Part shown: positions 11,094 through 20,225 of the stretch, piece after piece
How the letters are laid out: each line of letters opens with the position of its first letter
Numbering within the stretch: position 1 is the stretch's first letter
Source: Thermoplasmata archaeon
GTDB lineage: Archaea > Thermoplasmatota > Thermoplasmata > RBG-16-68-12 > JAGMCJ01
DNA length: 58,353 nt
Direction: 5' to 3'
Assembly (NCBI GenBank): GCA_046761005.1
Contig: JBHIFI010000004.1
Coordinates: 1-58,353 of the forward strand
The notes under the pieces: generated by a model
The model's input: only the letters and a program-made list of their open reading frames with translations
Databases searched by the model: none
What the model was told of the DNA's origin: nothing
Program-made: the position numbers and the translations under genes

Positions 11094-11238
11094 TGAGGCG
11101 TCGAGTACTGCGAAAAATCTTCGAAAGGTCACCGCAACAACCTTGGGGGGCTACCAAACGAGGTGCAGAGGAGGGGCCTGCACTCAAACGCAGTACTCGA
11201 CATATGCTGGATGCGGTTCCTTTCCTGGCAGCTCCTCA
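11094..11238 (-). ncRNA. Putative structured non-coding RNA (multi-hairpin, family unknown)
   Basis: Perfect 13-bp inverted repeat 11100-11112/11189-11201 enclosing three hairpins; G-U pairs and a UGCG tetraloop work only on the minus strand; minus-strand BRE/TATA-like AAAAATTAATA at 11260-11270. Confidence 0.45.
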
Positions 11239-11392
11239 ATATTATTAGAGACGAACTACTATTAATTTTTATCTGTCTCATAATATCATAGTGGATGTGA
11301 ACAGCCATGCGTTCGAAATTGACGAAGGATTTGCGAGGCTTGCAAATTCGGAGAAAAGGTATTTATGCTGTCCTGATACTAAAGCGGAAAGA

Positions 11393-11466
11393 GGGCCGGT
11401 AGATCAGACTGGAAGATCGCCACGCTTGCAACGTGGAGGTCAGGGGTTCAAGTCCCCTCCGGTCCA
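11393..11466 (+). tRNA. tRNA-Ala(TGC)
   Basis: Acceptor GGGCCGG/CCGGTCC with G3:U70, anticodon arm CCACG-CTTGCAA-CGTGG, T-arm GGTTCAAGTCC; no encoded CCA; upstream GAAAAGGTATTTATG promoter. Confidence 0.97.
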
Positions 11467-11536
11467 TTGAACCTTCCAGATTTGATGAAATAAGGCGTTG
11501 TGGTAGTCCAACAAACTTTCCATCACGAAACGGAGA

Positions 11537-13141
11537 TCACAAAAAATCATCGAGTGTCGGTTGCTTCGGTCTAGGTCTCCAGGTCTTCTCTGGGTCTGTT
11601 TCCGAAACTTGCTCATCCAAGGATGCTTCGCCTTTGTGTGTGGCAGAAGCTATCCTGTCCACGAGACGTTTCATCCTTCTCTCCTTTTTGATGCCCGCCC
11701 ACAGATATCTCTCGTCTGCGCTCCTGTCCGTCGTGAGAATAACGACTCGCCCCTTTGCATCCCTTCCAGTCCTCCCTTTCCTCTGTATGAGTCTTATATC
11801 GCTGGCAACGGGCTCGTAGAATATGACGAGGTCGACCTGAGGCACATCGAGACCTTCCTCGGCTATGCTGGTGGCAACCATGACATTGAAATTCCCTCCC
11901 TCGAACCTTGCGAGTGTTTTCACCTGCTGCTTCTGAGTCATTCCCTTCCTCCCCTCACGAGTCCCCTGTCCCACGAACCGCTTGACGGATACTCCAATGT
12001 TTTCGAGAAGACCTACAATATGGTATACAGTGTCCCGCAACTCTGCGAAGACTATTATCTTTGAGGTTGGCTTGAGCCAAAGCTGATTTCTTATCGTCGC
12101 CAGCATCGGCTCGATCTTGGGATGGGAAGGCCCCTTCCACTTCTTTGCTGCGTTGTACGCTCTCTGAACCCTCGCGTCCTTCATGAAAGCGGCATCATAC
12201 TTCGACCTACCTTCTCTCGTCTTTGGCTCGAGGAATTTTAGAAAGGAATCAACGCCCTGCCTCTCTATGCACAGAATCGCGTGATTCGCCACTTGAGCCA
12301 GGGAGAGCCGCCTAGAGGCCTGAAAGAGGTAGGGCGGGAACTTTCCTCCCTTGCTCCTCACAGCCATCTGCTTCCTGACATCGGTAAGATCTTGTATCCT
12401 CACGTGGATATTCTTTCTATTGCGCAGGAACCCGTACCTTCTGAGAGCGTTCAGCTGTTCGTGCAGGTATTTCGTGAGGTATTTGGAGATCTTCTTCATG
12501 ATTTCAGACGGGGGAACTTCCACCCAATCGATGCTCACTTCTTGGACGTAGGGGGCGACATCCACGTCTTCCCTTGTCCGCATGATGAGATTCTCTATGC
12601 CCAGGCTCCTCGTGACTTCCTCAATTCTCTCTATCTCATGTCCTGGGGAGGCCGTCAGTCCGAGGACTAGCATTCCCGGACATAGCTCTCTCAATCCCTT
12701 CGCCAAGGGAACGTAGGCGTAGTTTCCAACTGCACGGTGAGCCTCATCGAATACCGTCAGAACGATGTTGTTTGGAATCATCCCCGCGTTCAGATCATTG
12801 ACTGCAACCTGTGGAGTTGCAACGACAATATTGGATATGTTCCATAGGGTGGTTCGCTTCTTCTTCGGCACTTGACCCGTCAGGCAGATCGGACTTCCCA
12901 ATGTCAAGAACCTCCGGATGCTGTTTGCATGCTGATTCGCCAGAGGTCTTGTGGGGGCCAGTACTAGGGCACGACCGCCTCTTCGAAGCTTCTTTGCAAT
13001 CACCAGACAAGCTATGACGGTCTTCCCAAGACCTGTGGGTAGAACGACGAGACTGCTCTTTCCAGCCGCCTCATCTGCAATGGTGGTCTGAAACTCGCGC
13101 TCTTCGATGACATTTTCCCTCACGAAGGGGTGTTCTAGCAT
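11537..13141 (-). CDS. hef: Hef/FANCM(Mph1)-like SF2 helicase, no nuclease domain, C-terminal PIP box (copy 2)
   Basis: LPTGLGKT, DEAH, LTASPG, FVGQ, EEGLDVP, QRKGRTGR; ends KQPTLDDFL; same N-terminus as copy 1 (EHP......IEERE.Q). Confidence 0.9.
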   Translation of the reverse strand: MLEHPFVRENVIEEREFQTTIADEAAGKSSLVVLPTGLGKTVIACLVIAKKLRRGGRALVLAPTRPLANQHANSIRRFLTLGSPICLTGQVPKKKRTTLWNISNIVVATPQVAVNDLNAGMIPNNIVLTVFDEAHRAVGNYAYVPLAKGLRELCPGMLVLGLTASPGHEIERIEEVTRSLGIENLIMRTREDVDVAPYVQEVSIDWVEVPPSEIMKKISKYLTKYLHEQLNALRRYGFLRNRKNIHVRIQDLTDVRKQMAVRSKGGKFPPYLFQASRRLSLAQVANHAILCIERQGVDSFLKFLEPKTREGRSKYDAAFMKDARVQRAYNAAKKWKGPSHPKIEPMLATIRNQLWLKPTSKIIVFAELRDTVYHIVGLLENIGVSVKRFVGQGTREGRKGMTQKQQVKTLARFEGGNFNVMVATSIAEEGLDVPQVDLVIFYEPVASDIRLIQRKGRTGRDAKGRVVILTTDRSADERYLWAGIKKERRMKRLVDRIASATHKGEASLDEQVSETDPEKTWRPRPKQPTLDDFL

Positions 13142-13304
13142 CAGACTCCATAGAAGGTGAACATGTAATAAATGTAATCAGGGGTTCAGTGAAACTTTCA
13201 GACCCGCTTGCGATTCCTGATTGAGGCGTCAAAAAACTTGCGGACAACTCCTAATACATACACAAAGCCAAAGACAGATATAGACGCGAAGTCATGATGA
13301 AACG

Positions 13305-14015
13305 ATGGACGAGATCGAGATCTCGCCTGGAACGAAGATTAGTAGGCACCACGCGCTTTTCCTAGATGATGAGAATCTTCTCGTAATCGCTGACCTTCAT
13401 CTCGGATACGAAGGTGCCCTCCTGGAACAGGGCGTCTCGATTCCGAGATTCCAAAAAAAGGTGATGATGGAAAGGCTCACGAGACTCCTCGAGAAATACG
13501 AGCCTTCCAGGATTCTCATAGATGGTGATTTCAAGCACGAGTTCTCAAAGAACCTAGTCCAAGAGTGGGAGGAGGTCAACGAGGTCCTAGATTTCATCTC
13601 GGACAAGGCTGATGTCGAGCTGATAAGGGGCAATCATGACAACTTCCTGAGGACTATCCTATCGAAGAAGGGTCTCGATCTTTCCATGACGTCTTCTCTT
13701 GGCGGATACACCTTCGCTCACGGTCACAATAAGATTAGCTGGAAGGGGTCGCTGGTAATGGGACACGAGCATCCTTCACTCGGCCTCAGGGACAAGATAG
13801 GCGCCACAGCGAAACTTCCGTGTTTTCTCGTCACTCGCAACGCAATAGTGCTCCCCGCATTCTCCCCTCTCGCATTAGGCACAGATGTAACTACGTTGGA
13901 TTTCATATCTCCTCCGCTAGAAGGCATTTCCGCTGATGAGAGTCACGTATATGCGATTGAAGAAAAAACAGGTCTTTTGGACTTTGGGAAGTTGGAGGAT
14001 ATTCTAGGAATATAA
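13305..14015 (+). CDS. Calcineurin-like metallophosphoesterase (COG1407/PdeM-like)
   Basis: IADLHLGYE, GDFKHEF, GNHD, HGH, GHEHP, LPAFS. Confidence 0.9.
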   Translation: MDEIEISPGTKISRHHALFLDDENLLVIADLHLGYEGALLEQGVSIPRFQKKVMMERLTRLLEKYEPSRILIDGDFKHEFSKNLVQEWEEVNEVLDFISDKADVELIRGNHDNFLRTILSKKGLDLSMTSSLGGYTFAHGHNKISWKGSLVMGHEHPSLGLRDKIGATAKLPCFLVTRNAIVLPAFSPLALGTDVTTLDFISPPLEGISADESHVYAIEEKTGLLDFGKLEDILGI

Positions 14016-15467
14016 TCAAGCGGTAGCCCTACTCTTTTTCTCCTTGTCGCCCGACAGAAGATTTCTGACGGTTCGCTCCAGAACTGTGACAGCTGCGTAG
14101 TTCTCAGCTCTGAATGCATCTTGAGCCTTGCGAAGCATTATCTTCGCTTCATTCACTCCCACTCTTCGCGAATCAGCTTCCTCTATCGTACTCCTCATGG
14201 ATTCGAGATCTTCCTGAGCCATTGATGTCAGGTAGGTCGACTCGAGCTCAATAATGGAATCATCAAGAATCTTCCTACCTTCGGGGGGGAGCTCCCGTCC
14301 TTCCTTTATCGCTTCTGATTTCTCGGATACTATCTTTCCAATTTCGATGAGGGCCTGCGTGAAATCTTCGTCTCTTCTCAGATCACCTTCCTTTGAGGCA
14401 ATCCGTCTAATCGATCTCTTGACGAAACTTATGCTCAGTTGGGCGAAATCTATGGAATCTTTGAATTCCTCCTTGAGGAAAGCCTTTTCCGCTTGATTTA
14501 GCGATCTCTCCGCAACGAGTACTCCGATATTTTTCCGGCGCGCTTCCTCTATCTCTTCCATTGCCTTGTCAATTGCCTCACGAGCAGCTCTAATGGTGGA
14601 CCCCTTCAAGCTGCGCACAGTCTCTTCCAGCTCAAGGAGATGTCTCTTTGCCCCTACAAAATTCCCCTCATCGAGCGCTTCCGATGCTTCCGCTATGCAC
14701 TCCTCCATCCATGATGTGTCTATTCCCAACTTATGAAACTCTTGTATTTGCGGGGACAGATCAGTCACTCTTTCTGATATCTCCTCGTGGTCTTGAGCCA
14801 AAAGCAACTCATGTCTCTCTTTTTCTAGTATCTCTATGTCTATCCACTTCCTCACTGCCTTAAGGAGGTCTCTCGCTTTCTTCAAATCCTTCTCTCTTAG
14901 TGCTTCACTGGCTTCGCTCAGGAGTATCTCGCTTTCAAGTGTGACCGAGCCACTTCTTTTCAGATCCATTACAGAAAGCTTCGTGCCTGCAAGTTCCTTC
15001 TGGATCTTCTTCAGTTGCTTAGCTTGCTTCATACTCTTCTTTGCTTCAGAGAGAAGGATTCTGAGAGCCCCAAAATTGGAATCTGCCAGTGCCACTTCTG
15101 CTGCCTTGAGTATCTCGAAGGTTTCTGATAGGTCATAATCTTCCCGGCCCAGCTCTTCGGCAGAAACCATTACCTCGGAAATCGTGTCGTACGCTTTCTT
15201 GGTACGCTTAGAGAGTTTGCCAACCCTCAGCGCCTTGCTGCAAAGCAATGACGACTTTCTGTAATCCTTGTTCTTGAAATGGAACTTCGCGTCGGAGAGC
15301 TTTCCAACCATCTCCTTCGTTTCCGCATCCAATCCTCTGAGTTCCTTGAGTAGCGTTTCTGCCTTGGATATCTTCGCCGCGGCAGTCTCAACCTGGGACT
15401 TCCTTGGGGCTTCCTTGGACGTCTCTTTGGACGTTTCCTTGGGCTTCTTCTTGCCCATCTCTCTCAC
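14016..15467 (-). CDS. Hypothetical all-helical/coiled-coil repeat protein
   Basis: 483-aa ORF rich in E/K/A/L with recurring A..AL..GNF..A units; no catalytic motif recognised. Confidence 0.75.
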   Translation of the reverse strand: MREMGKKKPKETSKETSKEAPRKSQVETAAAKISKAETLLKELRGLDAETKEMVGKLSDAKFHFKNKDYRKSSLLCSKALRVGKLSKRTKKAYDTISEVMVSAEELGREDYDLSETFEILKAAEVALADSNFGALRILLSEAKKSMKQAKQLKKIQKELAGTKLSVMDLKRSGSVTLESEILLSEASEALREKDLKKARDLLKAVRKWIDIEILEKERHELLLAQDHEEISERVTDLSPQIQEFHKLGIDTSWMEECIAEASEALDEGNFVGAKRHLLELEETVRSLKGSTIRAAREAIDKAMEEIEEARRKNIGVLVAERSLNQAEKAFLKEEFKDSIDFAQLSISFVKRSIRRIASKEGDLRRDEDFTQALIEIGKIVSEKSEAIKEGRELPPEGRKILDDSIIELESTYLTSMAQEDLESMRSTIEEADSRRVGVNEAKIMLRKAQDAFRAENYAAVTVLERTVRNLLSGDKEKKSRATA

Positions 15468-15620
15468 CCTTGATTGAGGAACTCAACGGGACTGAAACTG
15501 TCTCAAAATAGGTGCCATATCAAATTAAAGCTGACCTTATGGATATCAAGAATGATAGCGTTGATGTTTCTCGCATCATTTTAATAGGTATCCTTGCATA
15601 TGCACCCCGGGGAGGATAGA

Positions 15621-16739
15621 TTGGCGAAGAAAAAGACGACCATCTCTGTCATAAAAGCGGACGTTGGAAGCTATCCAGGGCACGTTGTGGCCCATCCGCA
15701 TATCGAGGATGTGGCCTGTGGCTTCCTTCAAGAGGCCAAGGATGAGGGAACGATTAATGATTTCAGAGTCACTCATTGCGGCGATGATCTTGAGCTAATC
15801 ATGTCCCACAAGAAGGGTGAGGATTCCGAGGAGGTTCACAAGCTTGCTTGGAAAACCTTCGAGGAAGGCACCAAGCACGCAAAATCCCTCAAGCTCTACG
15901 GCGCGGGACAGGACCTCCTTTCGGATGCCTTTTCTGGAAACATCAGGGGAATGGGCCCCGGAATAGCGGAGCTCGAATTCACTGAAAGACCGGCGGAACC
16001 GGTAGTAGTTTTTATGATGGACAAAACGGAACCAGGAGCATTCAACCTTCCCATATTCAGGATGTTCGGTGATCCTTTCGCAACGGCAGGACTCATAATA
16101 GATCCATCAATGCATTCTGGCTTCGTCTTTGAGATATGGGATATAATCGAACACAAGAAGGTGATTATGAAGTGTCCGGAGGAGCTGTATGATATTCTCG
16201 CCTTAATAGGCGCCAAGTCTCGATTTGTCATAAAGAGAGTCTTTCCCAAGAAGGGAAAGCTTCCTCCGAAAGAGCCGGTAGCAGCCGTCTCCACGGAGAA
16301 GCTTGCGCACATAGCGGGGGAATACGTAGGAAAGGACGACCCCGTGGCGGTCGTGAGGGCGCAATCTGGACTTCCAGCCTTGGGTGAGGTTCTGGAGCCA
16401 TTCGCCTTCCCGCATCTAGTCAGCGGTTGGATGAGGGGTTCGCACAACGGTCCATTGATGCCTGTTTCTCTAGTGGACGCGAAATGTACGAGATTTGATG
16501 GCCCGCCAAGAGTCTTCGCACTCGGCTTTCAGATCAATGACGCTACGCTGGTTGGACCTGTCGACCTCTTCGACGACCCCGCCTTCGATGGGACAAGAAA
16601 AGAAGCTGCGAGGATAGCGGACTATCTGAGGAGACACGGTCCTTTCGAGCCCCACAGACTACCACTTTCGGAGATGGAATATACCACACTGCCGAATGTC
16701 CTTTCCAAACTCTCATCAAGATTTGAGGAAATGAAATGA
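15621..16739 (+). CDS. fbp: Fructose-1,6-bisphosphate aldolase/phosphatase (class V)
   Basis: ISVIKADVGS.PGH, HCGDD, LYGAGQDLL, DKTEPGAFN, YVGKDDP, GWMRGSH, HGPFEPHRL; TTG start after GGAGG. Confidence 0.97.
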   Translation: MAKKKTTISVIKADVGSYPGHVVAHPHIEDVACGFLQEAKDEGTINDFRVTHCGDDLELIMSHKKGEDSEEVHKLAWKTFEEGTKHAKSLKLYGAGQDLLSDAFSGNIRGMGPGIAELEFTERPAEPVVVFMMDKTEPGAFNLPIFRMFGDPFATAGLIIDPSMHSGFVFEIWDIIEHKKVIMKCPEELYDILALIGAKSRFVIKRVFPKKGKLPPKEPVAAVSTEKLAHIAGEYVGKDDPVAVVRAQSGLPALGEVLEPFAFPHLVSGWMRGSHNGPLMPVSLVDAKCTRFDGPPRVFALGFQINDATLVGPVDLFDDPAFDGTRKEAARIADYLRRHGPFEPHRLPLSEMEYTTLPNVLSKLSSRFEEMK

Positions 16740-17410
16740 AGAGTGTCATTATCATCAATTTCAAGTCCTATGAGGAGGGCACTGGCAAGAGGGGTTTTGA
16801 GCTCGCCAGGATATGTGAGAAGATATCCCTCGACTCGGGTATCGAGATAATAGTGTGCCCTCCACTTGTTCATCTTGGTCAGTACGCTGATGAGCTGAGC
16901 ATAGCGGTTTTCTCTCAGCATGTCGATGCAGTTGTGGAGGGAGGATATACTGGTCACGTCACGCCGATATCGGTCAAGGAGTCTGGCGGGCAGGGAACCC
17001 TAGTAAACCATTCAGAGAGAAGGATGCTGATCGCGGATATCGAGCGGGCCGTGGTTGAGTGCAAGAAGGCGGGACTCGCTACGGTAATATGCACAAACAA
17101 TGTGAGGGTGAGTAAAGCATGCGCTTCCCTGGCTCCGACCTATATTGCGATCGAACCGCCAGAACTCATTGGTGGTGATGTGCCTGTCACCAAGGCAAAA
17201 CCTGAGGTGGTCCGTGGCGCAGTAGAAGAGATAAGATCTGTCAATAGAGATGTTGATGTTCTGTGCGGAGCTGGAGTCAAAACTGGGAAGGACGCTCGGA
17301 GGGCTATCGAATTGGGCTCTTCTGGGGTTCTTGTTTCCTCTGGAGTCGTTAGGTCAAAAGATCCTGAGAAGACGCTGAAGGACCTTGTGTCTGGTCTTTC
17401 AAGAGAGTGA
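16736..17410 (+). CDS. tpiA: Archaeal-type triosephosphate isomerase
   Basis: INFKSY, QHVD, NHSERR, AIEPPELIG, CGAGVK; ATGA overlap with fbp. Confidence 0.97.
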   Translation: MKSVIIINFKSYEEGTGKRGFELARICEKISLDSGIEIIVCPPLVHLGQYADELSIAVFSQHVDAVVEGGYTGHVTPISVKESGGQGTLVNHSERRMLIADIERAVVECKKAGLATVICTNNVRVSKACASLAPTYIAIEPPELIGGDVPVTKAKPEVVRGAVEEIRSVNRDVDVLCGAGVKTGKDARRAIELGSSGVLVSSGVVRSKDPEKTLKDLVSGLSRE

Positions 17411-17591
17411 CCTCAATCGGCTTCTCCGGTATTCCAAAGGCTCAGAATTCTTCCCCGTTTCGGTTCTTCAATGAGGGTTTAGTACTGAGCGGGAATTGTT
17501 TCCAGTCCTTCCTTTGATGAAATGTCTGCTAGACAGGTCTTTTACTTGCCCTCAGTCAGGATAAATAGACGAGCTGAGTTGGAGTTATAGG

Positions 17592-20204
17592 ATGATGAGG
17601 TCTATTCTTGCCTCAGTTGTTCTCATCTTAGCAATCCTTGCTGGTCTTCAACCAGGGACTTCCGCCGAAGAGACGGGTAGACTCATCATCAATGAGGTGA
17701 TGTACGACCCCTTTGGGGATGAAGTCGTTGGAGAGTGGATGGAAATCCTTGTTGTGGAGGGAGAAACATACCTTGGGAACTGGACTCTGAGTGACCTTGA
17801 TGGCCATCTATTCACTCTCCCGCCTCTAATAGTTCCCGCTCAAACATACATACTCGTGAGAACTGGAAAAGGAATCCCTGAGCTCGATCCGAGTGATGGC
17901 AGAATCACGTTATACATGAACTTCTCCCAGCCAATACTCAATAACAATGGCGATGAAATCCTCCTGGATAGTGGCGGGGCCGTTTTCGATTTTTTTGCCT
18001 ATGGCCCAGACAGCCTCGTCGACTATCCTCCCCTTGGGATCCACTGGGAAGGAAGAGATTTGGTTTCTAGAACAAACCAGTCCCTTTCGCTCTTTCCGGA
18101 TGGAAAAGTGATAGATGGGCCAGAGGACTGGTTCTCTCTGCCTCCAACTCCTAGCTCATCCAATGGCGACTTCCAGACAGGAGTAGATGAGATTTTCTTC
18201 ACTGAGGTCTACTACAACAATCTGAGGGATGATGAATACTTCTGCATATTCAATGGCGGGAATCGAGTCGTCAATCTAACAGGATGGATCGTCACAGACC
18301 TAGAAGGAGAGATCTCCTTCCCTGGGCATAGCGTAATTGATCCGAAACAAAAACTGTGTATCACTCACAACTCGACCTCTTACTTCGAGGATTCGCTCGT
18401 AGATGCAGATTTCACATATGGCCATGGTGATGCCAGACGAATGATACATTGTGGTGGTCATCTAGTACTTAGAAACGAGGGGGACGAGGTTATACTTTTA
18501 ACATACTATGGCTGGGAAATAGATTCCTTTGTTTGGGGGGATTCAGAGGTAACACTTCCTGGATGGGTGGGAAAACCTGCGTCCACGACTAGGAAAGGTG
18601 CGCTCGCAAAGAGACTGCAAGAGAATGGGGCGTATGTTGACACCAACACTTCTCAGGATTGGGAGACCTTGAGGGACTTCGGAATAGGTCAGTCGGATTT
18701 CAAGCGGGAAATGTTCACCGTGAGCGGTTCTGTGATTTCCTTCTATTCTCCAGGGATTTCTTTGGCTGTAGTCAGAGAACAGATAGGGAAGGCAACTGAA
18801 AGCATACTATTGAATGCGTATCAATTCACAAGCAAAGCTCTGAGCGATGATTTGGCAGAGGCCATTTCAAGAGGGGTCAAAGTGAAAATCCTCCTTGAGG
18901 GACAACCGGTAAGCGGTGTCAACAGCAGGGAAGTCTGGATTCTTGAGAACCTTTCCTCATTGGGGGCTCAGGTGAGATTTTTGATGGGCCTACCCGAGGA
19001 TAGCATATTCAAGAGGTATGCGTATAATCATGCAAAATACGCCGTGGTCGACAATGGAAGCTTATTGATTTCCTCCGAGAACTGGGTAAACAACGGCTAT
19101 CCTGAGGACGGAGGAGGAAACAGGGGATGGGGTTCTGTCATAGAAGATGAGGCACTCGCAACATACTTCGCGAGTGTTTTCTATGAGGATTGGAACCCGC
19201 TTCGAAGGGACAGCATAGCATTTGACTACGCTTTTGACCGACTCGATATCTACCAAGATGAGGAGATATTCTCTGGATATGAGGCGCCCTTCCTCAGCGA
19301 GCTGAGGGTCACCGGGGATGTGGAGGTAATCGCCGTTGTCGGACCTGATAACGTGATGGACAACGACACTGTCTTGGGAATGATCGATTCCGCTGAGGAG
19401 AGGATATACGTCGAACAATTCTTTCTTCGGAAAGTCTGGAACGTGGGCGGGGAAAGGATATCCAATCCATTTCTAGACAGACTGATAAAAGCGGCTGAAA
19501 GAGGCTGTGAAGTGAAAGTCCTGCTCGACCCCACATGGTACAATGTCCTTCAAGAAGATCCCAATGACAATGATGATACTGTGGAGTTCCTGAGTTCCTT
19601 GGGAGCGAGTAGGGATATCGATTTGAACGCCAAGCTGATGAATACAGATGCCCATGGTGTACTAAAGCTCCACAACAAGGGAATGGTTGTTGATGGCAAT
19701 TGGGTCCTTATATCTAGCCTCAATTGGAACTACAACTCCTTCGCGAGGAACAGGGAAGTCGGTCTGTTAATAAGAAATGAGAGGATAGGTGCCTATTTTG
19801 AGCAAATATTCGTTCGCGACTGGAAAGATGACATTAAGGCTCCAATAGCTAGGATAGATGGCGATCCATTCGCGATAGTAGGAGAAGCCATTACGCTTAG
19901 TGCCCTGAACTCGTTTGATGACCAGGGAATAGTTCGTTTTTCATGGGACACAGACTCAGATGGCATCGAGGATTCAAATGACTCCGTGATTCTTGTCTCT
20001 TTTGACAAGGCGGGAGCCTTTCTGGTAACGCTCGAAGTCGAGGATGGGTGGGGGAATTCGAACACGACTTCCATTAGAATAGTCGTAAAGGAAAAGGAAG
20101 CTCAATTCGGCTGGGAATACTTCATTCCGATTGTACTGGTCTCGATGATCGCGCTTGCAGGATCCCTTTATTATCTCAGAAAAAGGCGCGCAAAAAATAT
20201 ATAA
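17592..20204 (+). CDS. Exported, membrane-anchored phospholipase D-superfamily protein: 2x lamin-tail domain, 2x HKD, PKD, C-terminal TM
   Basis: Signal peptide; LIINEVMYDP..EWMEI and IFFTEVYY..DEYF (LTD); HAKYAVVD..SSENW and HNKGMVVD..SSLNW; PKD-like FSWDTDSDG..VTLEVEDG; TM plus RKRR. Confidence 0.88.
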   Translation: MMRSILASVVLILAILAGLQPGTSAEETGRLIINEVMYDPFGDEVVGEWMEILVVEGETYLGNWTLSDLDGHLFTLPPLIVPAQTYILVRTGKGIPELDPSDGRITLYMNFSQPILNNNGDEILLDSGGAVFDFFAYGPDSLVDYPPLGIHWEGRDLVSRTNQSLSLFPDGKVIDGPEDWFSLPPTPSSSNGDFQTGVDEIFFTEVYYNNLRDDEYFCIFNGGNRVVNLTGWIVTDLEGEISFPGHSVIDPKQKLCITHNSTSYFEDSLVDADFTYGHGDARRMIHCGGHLVLRNEGDEVILLTYYGWEIDSFVWGDSEVTLPGWVGKPASTTRKGALAKRLQENGAYVDTNTSQDWETLRDFGIGQSDFKREMFTVSGSVISFYSPGISLAVVREQIGKATESILLNAYQFTSKALSDDLAEAISRGVKVKILLEGQPVSGVNSREVWILENLSSLGAQVRFLMGLPEDSIFKRYAYNHAKYAVVDNGSLLISSENWVNNGYPEDGGGNRGWGSVIEDEALATYFASVFYEDWNPLRRDSIAFDYAFDRLDIYQDEEIFSGYEAPFLSELRVTGDVEVIAVVGPDNVMDNDTVLGMIDSAEERIYVEQFFLRKVWNVGGERISNPFLDRLIKAAERGCEVKVLLDPTWYNVLQEDPNDNDDTVEFLSSLGASRDIDLNAKLMNTDAHGVLKLHNKGMVVDGNWVLISSLNWNYNSFARNREVGLLIRNERIGAYFEQIFVRDWKDDIKAPIARIDGDPFAIVGEAITLSALNSFDDQGIVRFSWDTDSDGIEDSNDSVILVSFDKAGAFLVTLEVEDGWGNSNTTSIRIVVKEKEAQFGWEYFIPIVLVSMIALAGSLYYLRKRRAKNI

Positions 20205-20225
20205 GGACGCTACAAATGGATTCCC

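Noticed and set aside
10408-11187. 259-aa antisense ORF starting inside the structured element
   Set aside because: Lies opposite tuf and rps10; stop-free antisense frames are common against biased, highly expressed genes, and it has no motifs. The same applies to 6637-7293, 3639-4349 and 20295-20966.
11100-11201. MITE interpretation of the 13-bp inverted repeat
   Set aside because: No flanking target-site duplication, no second copy noticed in the window and no transposase; internal strand-specific hairpins fit an RNA better. Not fully excluded without the whole genome.
13223-13236. GAGGCGTCAAAAAA repeated at 41164-41177, both intergenic
   Set aside because: Nearly half is an A-run, distances to the downstream starts differ and the genes are unrelated; chance is plausible.
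17515-17577. Possible C/D-box sRNA (TGATGA...CTGA)
   Set aside because: No convincing internal D'/C' boxes or terminal stem, and it overlaps the PLD promoter.
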